Positions 36,293 through 45,568 of a stretch of DNA of 64,000 bases are shown one piece after another. The stretch is taken from the NCBI GenBank assembly GCA_030645735.1, contig JAUSNP010000005.1, positions 72,151 through 136,150 of the forward strand, in the 5' to 3' direction. The DNA comes from Candidatus Moraniibacteriota bacterium (lineage in GTDB: Bacteria; Patescibacteriota; Minisyncoccia; Moranbacterales; UBA2206). The notes under the pieces were generated by a model. It worked only from the letters and a program-made list of their open reading frames with translations, searched no databases and was not told the origin of the DNA. The translations under genes and the position numbers were made by a program. Positions within the stretch are counted from its first letter, which is position 1. Every line of letters begins with the position of its first letter.

Positions 36293-38164
36293 ATGTTTAA
36301 TATACACAAAAAAAATTCAGAGGATATCGCAAACTGGCGGATTTATACATTAGTTTTTGTATTTTTTGCAATCGTAGCGGTTCTCTTTCTTCGTTTTTAT
36401 AGTTTGCAGTTTGTGCAACAGGAACAATACCGTGCTTTGGCGGAAGGACAACATTCTTTTTTTCAAAATCTGATTCCCAAGCGTGGTGAGATTTTCATGA
36501 AAGACAAAAATGGAATCTATCCGGCCGCGGTCAATCGAGAAACAAAGCTGGCCTATGCAGTGCCAAAGGAGATTGAGAATCCAGCTGACGCAGCTTTTGC
36601 GGTGGCGCAAGTTTTGCAGATGGACGCAACTGAGCTCAAAGAAAAGTTTTCCAAAGAAAATGATTCTTATGAACCTTTGAAACACAGATTGAGTGATGAA
36701 GAAATTGCGAGCATCAACAATTTGAAACTGAAAGGATTGCATTTGTCGGATGAAAGTTATCGCTATTATCCTTCCAATGAATTGGCCGCTAATGTGATTG
36801 GGTTTGTGGGCTGGAAAGATGATAAATTAGGCGGTCGCTATGGATTGGAATCATATTTTGATGAAGAGTTGCGAGGCACAGAAGGTTCGCTGTTTCATCA
36901 GCGTGACGCTTCAGGTAGCTGGATTGGCGTGGGGCAGAAAGAAATCACTGCCGCGAGAGATGGAGATACGCTTTTTTTGACCATTGACCATATTGTACAA
37001 TATCAAACGGAAAGAATTATTAAAAGCGCCGTGGAAAAATATGGCGCGGATGGTGGGAACATCACGGTGATGGAGCCAGCTACCGGCAAGATATTGTCTA
37101 TGGCAAGCTTTCCAACTTTCAATCCAAATGATTATGCCAAGACCGAAGATATCAATGCTTTCAGGAATCCAGCTGTGAGTGATGCCTATGAATCTGGTAG
37201 TGTTTTCAAAACTTTCACCATCGCGGCGGGGCTAGATAGTGAAAAGATTGCGCCAGATACAACTTACACCGACACAGGCGCCGTGAGTGAAGCAGGCTAC
37301 ACCATCAAGAATTCTGATTTGAAAGCCAATGGCGTGCAAACTATGACAGAAGTTTTAGAAAAGTCATTGAATACTGGCGTGATTTATGTAGAAAAATTGT
37401 TAGGCAATAAAAATTTTGCGGATTACATCACTAGGTTTGGATTTGGCGAGCGCACGGGCATCGATTTGATTGGCGAGCCCAAAGGCAATCTTAACAATTT
37501 AAAAAATTTGAAAAGTGACATCCAGTTTTTTACAGCTTCATTTGGTCAAGGCATCACGGTTACGCCGATTCAGTTGGCGGTAGCTTATAGTGCCATTGCT
37601 AATGGTGGTACACTGATGAAGCCACAGGTTGTGGAGAAAGTAGTTCATGGGGATGGTCGCGAAGAGATTATTGATGCGCAAGAGGTGCGACGGGTTATTT
37701 CCCAAAAAGCGGCCGCACAAACCTCACAAATTTTGCGCAGTGTGGTGGTGAATGGCCATGGCAAAAGAGCCGGTGTGCCAGGCTTTCTGGTAGGTGGCAA
37801 AACTGGCACAGCGCAAATTGTAGATGCGGAAACGAAAAATTATGCTGAAGGAAAATCTACAGGATCTTTTGGCGGCTTTGCGCCAATCAATGATCCAAAG
37901 TTTACTATTGTAGTCAAACTTGATAATCCAAGGAATGTGGAGTGGGCAGAATCGAGTGCGGCGCCAGCCTTTGGAGAATTAATGAAATTTTTGCTAGAAT
38001 ACTATAATATAGAACCAACCGAAGCGTATACTCAAAAAGATTTAGATGCTTTCAATCAAGCGCACAACTTGATTCAATTTAAGAAAGAAGAGACAGAGGC
38101 TAAAGATGAAGTGGTTGCGCTAAAGCCTGAAGTAGCGGAAATTAAGAAAGATAAAAAGAATTAG
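36293..38164 (+). CDS. ftsI: Class B penicillin-binding protein (FtsI-like)
   Basis: RGEI, RYYP, SVFK (SxxK), SLN (SxN), KTGTAQ. Confidence 0.9.
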   Translation: MFNIHKKNSEDIANWRIYTLVFVFFAIVAVLFLRFYSLQFVQQEQYRALAEGQHSFFQNLIPKRGEIFMKDKNGIYPAAVNRETKLAYAVPKEIENPADAAFAVAQVLQMDATELKEKFSKENDSYEPLKHRLSDEEIASINNLKLKGLHLSDESYRYYPSNELAANVIGFVGWKDDKLGGRYGLESYFDEELRGTEGSLFHQRDASGSWIGVGQKEITAARDGDTLFLTIDHIVQYQTERIIKSAVEKYGADGGNITVMEPATGKILSMASFPTFNPNDYAKTEDINAFRNPAVSDAYESGSVFKTFTIAAGLDSEKIAPDTTYTDTGAVSEAGYTIKNSDLKANGVQTMTEVLEKSLNTGVIYVEKLLGNKNFADYITRFGFGERTGIDLIGEPKGNLNNLKNLKSDIQFFTASFGQGITVTPIQLAVAYSAIANGGTLMKPQVVEKVVHGDGREEIIDAQEVRRVISQKAAAQTSQILRSVVVNGHGKRAGVPGFLVGGKTGTAQIVDAETKNYAEGKSTGSFGGFAPINDPKFTIVVKLDNPRNVEWAESSAAPAFGELMKFLLEYYNIEPTEAYTQKDLDAFNQAHNLIQFKKEETEAKDEVVALKPEVAEIKKDKKN

Positions 38165-39475
38165 ATGACAAACGAAAAATCTCAAAAAATATTAATTTTA
38201 CAGAAAATCATGCGCTTCATGGCTGTTTCGGTTTTGAAAAAATATAATCCAAAAATCATCAGCATTACTGGCTCAGTCGGCAAAACTTCAACCAAGGAGG
38301 CAATTTCAACTGTTTTGGCGAGCAAATTTCGCGTCAGAAGGACGGAGAAGAATTATAACAATGAAATCGGTTTGCCATTGACCATCATTGGCGCCACCAG
38401 TGGCGAAAGCTCTTTAGTGGGCTGGTTTTTGGTTTTTTTGAAATGGTTGTGGATTATGCTTGCCCCGATTGAATATCCGGAAATTTTAGTTTTGGAAATG
38501 GGCGCTGACCGACCTGGCGACATTCAATATCTGACCAGCTTTATAAAGTCCAACGCGGGTGTCATCACTGACATTTCCTATAGTCACGTGGAATATTTCA
38601 AAGGCATCGAGGGCGTGGCCAGAGAAAAAGGTACCTTGGTCAAAGAATTGGATGAAAAGGGTTTGGCAGTTTTGAATGCGGACAATGAGTTTGTGGCTAA
38701 ACTTGCCAGTCAAATCAAATGCAATGTGATCTCCTTCGGTTTTTCCGAAGAGGCGCAGATGCGCGTTAGCGATGTCTGTTTGGGTTGCGCAGGCCAAGCA
38801 GGTGATTTGAAAGGCCTGAGTTTCAAATTAAATTATAAAGGCACGACTATTCCAGTTCGTCTTAATAATATTTTAGCTAAGCATCAAATTTATGCGGTGT
38901 TAGCGGCGATAGCGGTGGGTGATGGTTTTGGCATCAATCTGGTTGAAGCTGGCGCAGCTTTGGAAAACTTCTCTTTGCCGGTTGGGCGCATGAATTTGCT
39001 CTCTGGCCTCAAAAACACGCATATAATCGATGATACCTACAATTCTTCACCCACCTCAGCTTTGGCAGCCTTGGAGGCCTTGGGCGAAATCAAAGCGACC
39101 AGAAAAATCGCAGTCTTGGGTGATATGTTGGAATTGGGTGAGGAGTCTGAAAATGGGCATAAATCCTTGGGCAAAAAATTTGCGCAAATCAAAGGGAGCA
39201 TTTTTCTGGCCGTCGGCAATCGAATGAAGCAGACTGGCAAGGAATTAGAGAAAAATAATTTTCCAACTAAAAATATTTTTTATTTTGACAGTCCAGATGA
39301 GGCTGGCAAAAAGTTACAAGAAATTATGCAAGCGGGTGATTTGATTCTGGTGAAAGGTTCACAGGGCATGCGTATGGAAAAAGTGGTGGAAGAGGTGATG
39401 GCCGATTCAGCACAAGCCAAAAAACTTTTGTGCCGTCAAACAGAAGCATGGCGCACCACGCCTTTTGTGGGATAA
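38165..39475 (+). CDS. murF: UDP-MurNAc-tripeptide--D-Ala-D-Ala ligase
   Basis: ITGSVGKTSTKE, NYNNEIGLPLT, DDTYNSSP, LGDMLELG, VKGSQGMRME. Confidence 0.95.
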   Translation: MTNEKSQKILILQKIMRFMAVSVLKKYNPKIISITGSVGKTSTKEAISTVLASKFRVRRTEKNYNNEIGLPLTIIGATSGESSLVGWFLVFLKWLWIMLAPIEYPEILVLEMGADRPGDIQYLTSFIKSNAGVITDISYSHVEYFKGIEGVAREKGTLVKELDEKGLAVLNADNEFVAKLASQIKCNVISFGFSEEAQMRVSDVCLGCAGQAGDLKGLSFKLNYKGTTIPVRLNNILAKHQIYAVLAAIAVGDGFGINLVEAGAALENFSLPVGRMNLLSGLKNTHIIDDTYNSSPTSALAALEALGEIKATRKIAVLGDMLELGEESENGHKSLGKKFAQIKGSIFLAVGNRMKQTGKELEKNNFPTKNIFYFDSPDEAGKKLQEIMQAGDLILVKGSQGMRMEKVVEEVMADSAQAKKLLCRQTEAWRTTPFVG

Positions 39476-39487
39476 TTGACGCCTGCG

Positions 39488-39554
39488 CCCCCACACTAAC
39501 TTTGCATTGGCCTGTGGCCATCACCTTTGGTGATATGCAAGGTTAGTGTGGGGG
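39488..39554. repeat. Branched hairpin element after murF
   Basis: CCCCCACACTAACTTTGCAT / ATGCAAGGTTAGTGTGGGGG enclosing two mini-hairpins. Confidence 0.65.
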
Positions 39555-39764
39555 TGTGGATAACTTTTTGACATACAAAATCAAAATGGGTGTATAATAT
39601 AGATAGTAGAAAAGAAAAATAAATACACAATTGAATAGGGGGAAATCAAAGTCGCACTTTGAAAACAAAAGACAGTTTCTTGTGATAGGATATTGTCTTT
39701 TGTTTTTTTACAGAGGTCAAAACAAAAACCAAAACCAACAGCAAAACAACGAGGGAGGAGAAAA

Positions 39765-39929
39765 ATGTCTGGACATAGAATAGACGTAGTTCCCGAGGAA
39801 GTTTTGAGCAGGAAGAAGGCTGCTTTGGCTGCTTTGGAGCATGGCTTAACTGGAGATATCAGTAAAGAAGATCTTCGTAAAGCCAGGCGGGTTTTTATTG
39901 AACAAAATTGTCGTGGTGCGGAACATTGA
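39765..39929 (+). CDS. Small hypothetical protein (54 aa)
   Basis: ATG with SD GGAGGAG, upstream promoter and boxA-like motif, downstream hairpin. Confidence 0.5.
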   Translation: MSGHRIDVVPEEVLSRKKAALAALEHGLTGDISKEDLRKARRVFIEQNCRGAEH

Positions 39930-40116
39930 AATATTCCAGCGCCAAACAGCCCCAGAGAAACTTCATCAACATATTGAATCTAATATGTCGAAATTTCTCC
40001 GGGGCTCTATTTTTTTTGTAATAAATATTTTTAGGCGAAATAAAAAAAGGACCGACGAGCAGAAGTTGCTGTTGTCGATCCTTTCATCTAAAAATGTTCT
40101 TCAACTCGAATTATCC

Positions 40117-40446
40117 TTATCTGAAAATTGGTCTGTCCAGGAAAAAGTTTTTCCCTGGTCTGCCTTTTCTTAGCATGCCTATGCATTGGCCTGGTGCATC
40201 GACGACGATAACCACGAGTTCTTGAATATGGTTTTTACCAATAACCATATACTGGACTCCTGATGCGAGACATTCCCAGAGTTGGCCACTGATGTATACC
40301 CCAGTATTCACGGGGCGGATACCTTCCTGTAACCGAAAGGTCCGGCACTTTAAGTCGTTTTTAGGCAAAAGACCAGCATACATTTCTGGTCGCGTGCCAA
40401 CAAAGTTCAACAAACCAGACCAAGTTAATCGCATGACTCGAGTCAT
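40117..40446 (-). CDS. Hypothetical protein (orphan)
   Basis: Start reassigned to ATG 40446 (SD AAGGA; promoter TTGACA-17-AATACT upstream). Confidence 0.5.
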   Translation of the reverse strand: MTRVMRLTWSGLLNFVGTRPEMYAGLLPKNDLKCRTFRLQEGIRPVNTGVYISGQLWECLASGVQYMVIGKNHIQELVVIVVDAPGQCIGMLRKGRPGKNFFLDRPIFR

Positions 40447-40617
40447 AAGATATCCTTTTGCAAGAGGTTGATAAATAAGAACTACGCCAAATAAAACTGC
40501 CTGCAGTATTGCATCAATTTGCAAAAATGTCAATTTAAAATGCTCACCCTTTGATTTTTTTCTCAACTCGTGTAAACTAGTTTTAGGCTCAAAGTGTGCC
40601 AGATTAGTGTTGTGTAT

Positions 40618-40690
40618 GGCCTCATCGTCTAGCGGCTAGCCCGCCTCGCATCGACGAGCGGTCGTCTCCGCGAGTCGAGGCGGGGACGCT
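40618..40690 (+). pseudogene. tRNA-Glu-like 5' fragment interrupted by a 45-nt hairpin
   Basis: GGCCTCATCGTCTAGCGGCTAG + [CCCGCCTCG...CGAGGCGGG] + GACGCT; parallels the 5' half of the tRNA at 40955. Confidence 0.7.
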
Positions 40691-40698
40691 AAACAATT

Positions 40699-40947
40699 AT
40701 GGCAATATTTATCTATCAATTAATTAGCGAAGATAGAACGAAAACATATATTGGCTTTTCGGATGATTTAGATAGAAGAATTTCTGAACATTTAGCTGGT
40801 AAGGTAAAAACAACAAAGAATTTCGGTGAGTTTAGCCATAGAATTTTAGAGAAAGTTAATGATATCAGGTTAGCTAGAATTGCTGAAAAATATTGGAAAT
40901 CAGCATCTGGCAGGAAAAAATTAAAAGAACAGTTTGATGTAGAATAG
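40699..40947 (+). CDS. Small GIY-YIG nuclease family protein
   Basis: FIYQL...TYIGFSDDLDRRISEH...ARIAEKYWKS.SGR. Confidence 0.9.
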   Translation: MAIFIYQLISEDRTKTYIGFSDDLDRRISEHLAGKVKTTKNFGEFSHRILEKVNDIRLARIAEKYWKSASGRKKLKEQFDVE

Positions 40948-40954
40948 GAAACAT

Positions 40955-41029
40955 GCCGCCATCGTCTAGCCCGGTCAGGACGCCAGGTTCTCATCCTGGA
41001 AATCAGGGGTTCGAATCCCCTTGGCGGTA
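40955..41029 (+). tRNA. tRNA-Glu (anticodon CTC)
   Basis: GCCGCCATCGTCTAGCCCGGTCAGGACGCCAGGTT-CTC-ATCCTGGAAATCAGGGGTTCGAATCCCCTTGGCGGTA cloverleaf; no encoded CCA. Confidence 0.95.
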
Positions 41030-41053
41030 CTTTTAAAAATAATTTCAAACTTT

Positions 41054-42121
41054 GTGGATGCGAGAAAGGCGTTAGCAGAATTTAAGCAGAAAGTTGATCC
41101 GGAATTGGATGCTTTTTTTGACCGCGTAATTGCAGAAAATGAAAAGGTAGATAGAAACATTACAGATGCCATCAAATATGCCCGCAAGATCACAATGTCA
41201 GGTGGCAAAAGAGCGCGCGCTGCTTTCATTTACTATGGCTATTTGGCGGCTGGTGGAAAAGAAAAAAAGAAAATTATTGAGGCTAGTGTTTGCATTGAAC
41301 TTATTCATTCCTATTTGTTGATGCATGATGATATCATCGATCAAGATGAGTTGCGCCATGGTGTGAAAACCACGCACATTCACTATGCGCAGATGGCAAG
41401 AAGATATTTTAGACACAAGAACGCGGAACATTTTGGGAATTCAATGGCTATCATTATTGGCGATATGCTAAACAGCTTGGGCAATCGGGTTTTGTTTGAA
41501 TCAAAATTTGCCCCAGAATTGATAATCAAAGCTTTGTATCGTATGCAGGACATCGTTTCTTTCACAATTATTGGTGAGACGGAAGATGTGATGATTGAAA
41601 ATCGCGGCCGAGCGACCGAAAAAGAAATCATGCGAATGTATGAAAATAAGACGGCGAAGTACACCATTGAAGGCCCATTGCATTTGGGGGCAATTTTGGC
41701 AGGAGCTGACAACAGGTTTTTGCAAACTTTGAGCGCCTATTCAATCCCAGCTGGCATCGCTTTCCAGATTCAGGATGATATCCTGGGTGTTTTTGGATCA
41801 GTGGGCAAAACTGGCAAGCCAGTTGGTTCAGATGTGCGACAGGGCAAGCAAACTATCTTGGTAGCCAAAGCGCTTGAAAAAGCGGATAAGAAGCAAAAAG
41901 AAATTTTAAAAAGATGCTTGGGCAACAGCAAGCTGACTAAAAAAGACCTAGAAGAATTTAGGCAAGTTATCATAGAAACAGGTTCACTAAAATACGCGCA
42001 AGATTTAGCTAAAAAATTAATTTTGGAAGCTAAAGAAAAAATACAAAAAGTCACTATTGCTGTTGAGGCCAAAGAATTTTTATTAGGCATTGCCGACTAT
42101 ATGCTGAATCGGGAGGTTTAA
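41054..42121 (+). CDS. Polyprenyl synthetase (IspA/GGPP synthase family)
   Basis: GGKRAR, HDDIIDQDELRHG, KTAKYT, FQIQDDIL, GKPVGSD; GTG start at 41054 avoids overlap with the tRNA. Confidence 0.93.
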   Translation: MDARKALAEFKQKVDPELDAFFDRVIAENEKVDRNITDAIKYARKITMSGGKRARAAFIYYGYLAAGGKEKKKIIEASVCIELIHSYLLMHDDIIDQDELRHGVKTTHIHYAQMARRYFRHKNAEHFGNSMAIIIGDMLNSLGNRVLFESKFAPELIIKALYRMQDIVSFTIIGETEDVMIENRGRATEKEIMRMYENKTAKYTIEGPLHLGAILAGADNRFLQTLSAYSIPAGIAFQIQDDILGVFGSVGKTGKPVGSDVRQGKQTILVAKALEKADKKQKEILKRCLGNSKLTKKDLEEFRQVIIETGSLKYAQDLAKKLILEAKEKIQKVTIAVEAKEFLLGIADYMLNREV

Positions 42122-42134
42122 TTATGCATCTATC

Positions 42135-42163
42135 GTAGAGACGCCTCGTCGGGGCGTCTCTAC
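42135..42163. repeat. GTAG-type REP-like palindrome
   Basis: GTAGAGACGCCTCGTCGGGGCGTCTCTAC. Confidence 0.8.
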
Positions 42164-42211
42164 ATTTGTCCGGATTGCCTATTTCCTAATTTCAAGGTAA
42201 AATGCGTATAT

Positions 42212-42928
42212 ATGACTGAAGAAATATTAAACAATATACCAAAGCATTTAGCTATTATACCAGACGGAAATCGTCGTTGGGCCAAGGAAAGAGGATTGCA
42301 ACCTTGGGACGGGCATGAGGCTGGCGCTGAAAATACTGAAAAGCTCATCCGGTTCGCCCTGAAAAAAGGGGTCAGTTGTATGACTATTTGGGGATCATCC
42401 GTTGACAACCTAACAAAGAGACCTTTCCAAGAAAAAAAGGCGCTGTTGGATGTGTATAAAAAATATTTTGAAAGACTTTTGAATGGGACTGACATTGATG
42501 AGAATGAAGTTAGAGTTAACTTTATTGGCCGTTGGGAAGAGCAATTTCCAGATTCTTTGAAAAGCATCATCTATGTCTTGATTGAAAAAACCAAGAAATA
42601 TGAAAAGAAAATATTGAATTTCATGTTGGCTTACAATGGTGATGATGATATGCTGTCGGCCATTGCCAAAATTCACAACAAATATGAAAAAGGCATTGAG
42701 ATAACCGCGGAACTTTTGAAAGAAAATTTGATGACTGCCGAATTGCCAGCTGTGGATTATCTGATTCGCACAGGCGGGGACGCTCATTTAAGCACGGGAT
42801 TTATGATGTGGGACACGGCCAACGCACAACTATACTTCTCTCCAGAAAAATATCCAGATTTCAATGATGAAAAATTGGATGAAGCCTTGAAAGAATATGC
42901 TAATCGACAACGCAGGTTTGGGAAATAA
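42212..42928 (+). CDS. uppS: Undecaprenyl diphosphate synthase
   Basis: PKHLAIIPDGNRRWA, DYLIRTGG, RQRRFGK. Confidence 0.96.
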   Translation: MTEEILNNIPKHLAIIPDGNRRWAKERGLQPWDGHEAGAENTEKLIRFALKKGVSCMTIWGSSVDNLTKRPFQEKKALLDVYKKYFERLLNGTDIDENEVRVNFIGRWEEQFPDSLKSIIYVLIEKTKKYEKKILNFMLAYNGDDDMLSAIAKIHNKYEKGIEITAELLKENLMTAELPAVDYLIRTGGDAHLSTGFMMWDTANAQLYFSPEKYPDFNDEKLDEALKEYANRQRRFGK

Positions 42929-42934
42929 ACTTAT

Positions 42935-44038
42935 ATGAATACAATGAAAAAATTAGCTTTAGTCATCTTAATTTTATTGTCTTTGCCAGTTTTTTCCTTT
43001 GGGCAGGAAAAAAAGAAAGCCGTCTATTTCTATTCAGAAACTTGCGCGCACTGCAAAATAGTAAACGACTATTTTCAAGCTAATAATATCTATGACAAAT
43101 ATGATATTCAGAAAATAGAAGCAACTGGCCCATATAATATTGATTATTTGAATAAGTTTTTTGACGCTTTTAATGTTGACGCTGAAAAGCGCGGATTCCC
43201 AGTGATATTTTTTGCTGACAAGATGATTTTCGGCGATCAGCCGATTATCAAAAATTTTGAAACGGAAATCGGAAAAATTGATGCCTCTGAATTTTCAACA
43301 CCGGAAAATATCAAAGCATCATTAATTAATAAAAATGATGGAATTGAAACTGAAAAACCTGTGGCTAGCGTTTCGTTGCCGGTTTTATTTTGGGCGGCAC
43401 TTGTAGATGCAATCAATCCTTGCGCTTTTGCTGTTTTGATTCTGCTGGTGGCGACGGTCATTTCAGCCAAAGGCAAGAAAGAAGGACTTTTGTCAGGATT
43501 GTTATTTTCGCTTTCAGTTTTCATCTCATATTTTTTGATGGGCTTGGGGATTTACAAAGCAATTGGCGCTTTTAATTTGCCACAGATATTTTCTATAGTG
43601 ATTGGTGGCTTGGCTGTTTTGATTGGGCTGGCAAATTTGAAAGATTTTTTCTGGTACGGAAAAGTTTTTGTGATGGAGGTGCCATTCAATTGGCGGCCAA
43701 AAATGCAAGCTATTATAAAAAGAGTGACAAGTCCATTGGGTGCAATGGGAGCCGGATTTTTGGTGAGCTTGTTCCTTTTGCCTTGTACAAGTGGTCCATA
43801 CATCGTTATTTTGGGGCTTTTGGCACAGAAAGAAGACTTGAAGCGGTCAATCTCTCTGCTTGCGATTTATAACTTTATTTTTATTCTGCCAATGATCATA
43901 ATAACCATTGGAATGTATTTTGGAATCAGAGCGAAAAGACTGGAAAATTGGAGACAACAAAACATCCGACTATTGCATTTGATTGCTGGCTCAATAATGT
44001 TGTTCATCGGCGCATATTTGATTTATACTTGGATCTAA
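42935..44038 (+). CDS. Thioredoxin-like domain fused to a CcdA/DsbD-type membrane electron transporter
   Basis: Signal peptide, CAHC, DAINPCAF and LPCTSGPY in TM region; upstream of trxA/trxB. Confidence 0.85.
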   Translation: MNTMKKLALVILILLSLPVFSFGQEKKKAVYFYSETCAHCKIVNDYFQANNIYDKYDIQKIEATGPYNIDYLNKFFDAFNVDAEKRGFPVIFFADKMIFGDQPIIKNFETEIGKIDASEFSTPENIKASLINKNDGIETEKPVASVSLPVLFWAALVDAINPCAFAVLILLVATVISAKGKKEGLLSGLLFSLSVFISYFLMGLGIYKAIGAFNLPQIFSIVIGGLAVLIGLANLKDFFWYGKVFVMEVPFNWRPKMQAIIKRVTSPLGAMGAGFLVSLFLLPCTSGPYIVILGLLAQKEDLKRSISLLAIYNFIFILPMIIITIGMYFGIRAKRLENWRQQNIRLLHLIAGSIMLFIGAYLIYTWI

Positions 44039-44058
44039 AAAATTTAAATTATAATAGT

Positions 44059-44202
44059 AAAGATTTTTGAATTTATTCGAAACCAAACTCGAATCACAAA
44101 TTTTATAGCTGAAATTTTGCCTCAATCTACACGACCATAGCAAAATTTCAGATAAAATTAGGACTCTCGAACAGTGCTTTCTCATAAATTTAAAAAATCT
44201 TT
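44059..44202. repeat. Long imperfect hairpin (MITE-like) upstream of trxA
   Basis: AAAGATTTTTGAATTTAT/ATAAATTTAAAAAATCTTT outer arms; CTGAAATTTTGC/GCAAAATTTCAG inner arms. Confidence 0.55.
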
Positions 44203-44210
44203 TCAAAATT

Positions 44211-44525
44211 ATGGCAATGGAATTTACTGATCAAAATTTTGATCAAGAAGTGTTGAAAGCTGACAAACCAACTCTAGTTGATTTTTGGGCGCCATGGTGT
44301 GGGCCATGTCAAATGATGGGACCGATCATTGATCAATTGGCGACTGAAATGGGGGACAAAGCCAAAGTTGGCAAAATCAATGTCGATGAAAATTCAGAAA
44401 TCGCTTCAAAATATGGAGTGATGTCCATTCCATCCATAAAAATTTTCAAGGGTGGGCAAGTCGTAGCGGAGTTTGTGGGTGTGCAAAATTTAGATGGCCT
44501 AAAAGAAGCTTTGAATAAGGCATAA
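44211..44525 (+). CDS. trxA: Thioredoxin
   Basis: VDFWAPWCGPC. Confidence 0.98.
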   Translation: MAMEFTDQNFDQEVLKADKPTLVDFWAPWCGPCQMMGPIIDQLATEMGDKAKVGKINVDENSEIASKYGVMSIPSIKIFKGGQVVAEFVGVQNLDGLKEALNKA

Positions 44526-44622
44526 AAATTGTTTTGAAAATAAACACGGCAACCCTAAAATTCAGGGTTGTTTTGTTTTTTGGAGAGTGTTAAAATAGAG
44601 GGGTAGTTAATAAAAATTAAGA

Positions 44623-45564
44623 ATGTTAGATATGGAAACAGAAAACAAGGTTTATGATTTGATTATTGTGGGAGCGGGTGTGGCAGGATTGACAGCGTCA
44701 GTTTATGCTTCGCGCTATAAGCTGAATCATTTGATTTTTGGTGTGGAGCCAGGCGGACAAATCAATGAAATTCACAGCTTGGAAAATTGGCCAGGCATTA
44801 TTGCTATTCCTGGGCGGGATTTCATTGGCAATTTAGTTGCGCAGGTCAATAATTTTGGCGTGCAAATTAAAAATGAATCAATCAGTTCCGTTGTGAAAAA
44901 TGAAGACGGAACTTTTGAGGTGGAAACTGGCAAGGAAAAATATCAAGCCAAAGCAGTCATTATGGCGATGGGTAGTAGTTATAAAAAAATGAACATTCCT
45001 GGGGAAAAAGAATTCACCGGCAAGGGTGTGTCCTATTGCGCCACTTGTGACGCGATGTTTTTCCGCAACAAAGTTGTGAGTGTGATTGGTGGAGGAAATT
45101 CAGCGGTGGTGGTGGCCTTGGAGTTGACGGATTTTGCGAGCAAGGTTTATTTGGTATATCGCGGTGAAAAATTGAAAGCTGATCCGGTCTGGTTGGATAA
45201 ATTAGAAACTAATCCAAAAATTGAAGTTATTCGAGAAACTAATGTCATCGAAATCAAAGGTGAAACCAAAGTGGAGAAATTGATTTTGGACAAGCCCTTG
45301 GCAGATGACAAAACATTTTTGCTGACGGATGGTGTTTTCATTGAAATTGGCAGTGAGCCAGGTGTTGAGTTGGCGCGTAAATTGGGTGTGGAAACTGATG
45401 AACAAAATTTCATCAAAGTCGATGCGAATCAGAGCACAAATGTGCCTGGAGTTTTTGCGGCAGGCGACATCACTACTGGTTCAAACAAATTTCGCCAAGT
45501 CATCACCGCCGCTTCTGAAGGTGCCTTAGCAGCCAATGGTGTATATAAAAAATCAAAATTATAA
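44623..45564 (+). CDS. trxB: Thioredoxin reductase
   Basis: GAGVAG, GVSYCATCD, GGGNSA, GVFAAGD. Confidence 0.93.
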   Translation: MLDMETENKVYDLIIVGAGVAGLTASVYASRYKLNHLIFGVEPGGQINEIHSLENWPGIIAIPGRDFIGNLVAQVNNFGVQIKNESISSVVKNEDGTFEVETGKEKYQAKAVIMAMGSSYKKMNIPGEKEFTGKGVSYCATCDAMFFRNKVVSVIGGGNSAVVVALELTDFASKVYLVYRGEKLKADPVWLDKLETNPKIEVIRETNVIEIKGETKVEKLILDKPLADDKTFLLTDGVFIEIGSEPGVELARKLGVETDEQNFIKVDANQSTNVPGVFAAGDITTGSNKFRQVITAASEGALAANGVYKKSKL

Positions 45565-45568
45565 TTAT

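Noticed and set aside
30805-39564. Replication origin
   Set aside because: The DnaA boxes are single and kilobases apart, and dnaA/dnaN are not nearby
40618-41029. Group I intron or spliced tRNA-Glu containing a homing endonuclease
   Set aside because: There is no room for a ribozyme core, the downstream tRNA is already complete, and the upstream fragment's acceptor strand does not pair with its 3' end
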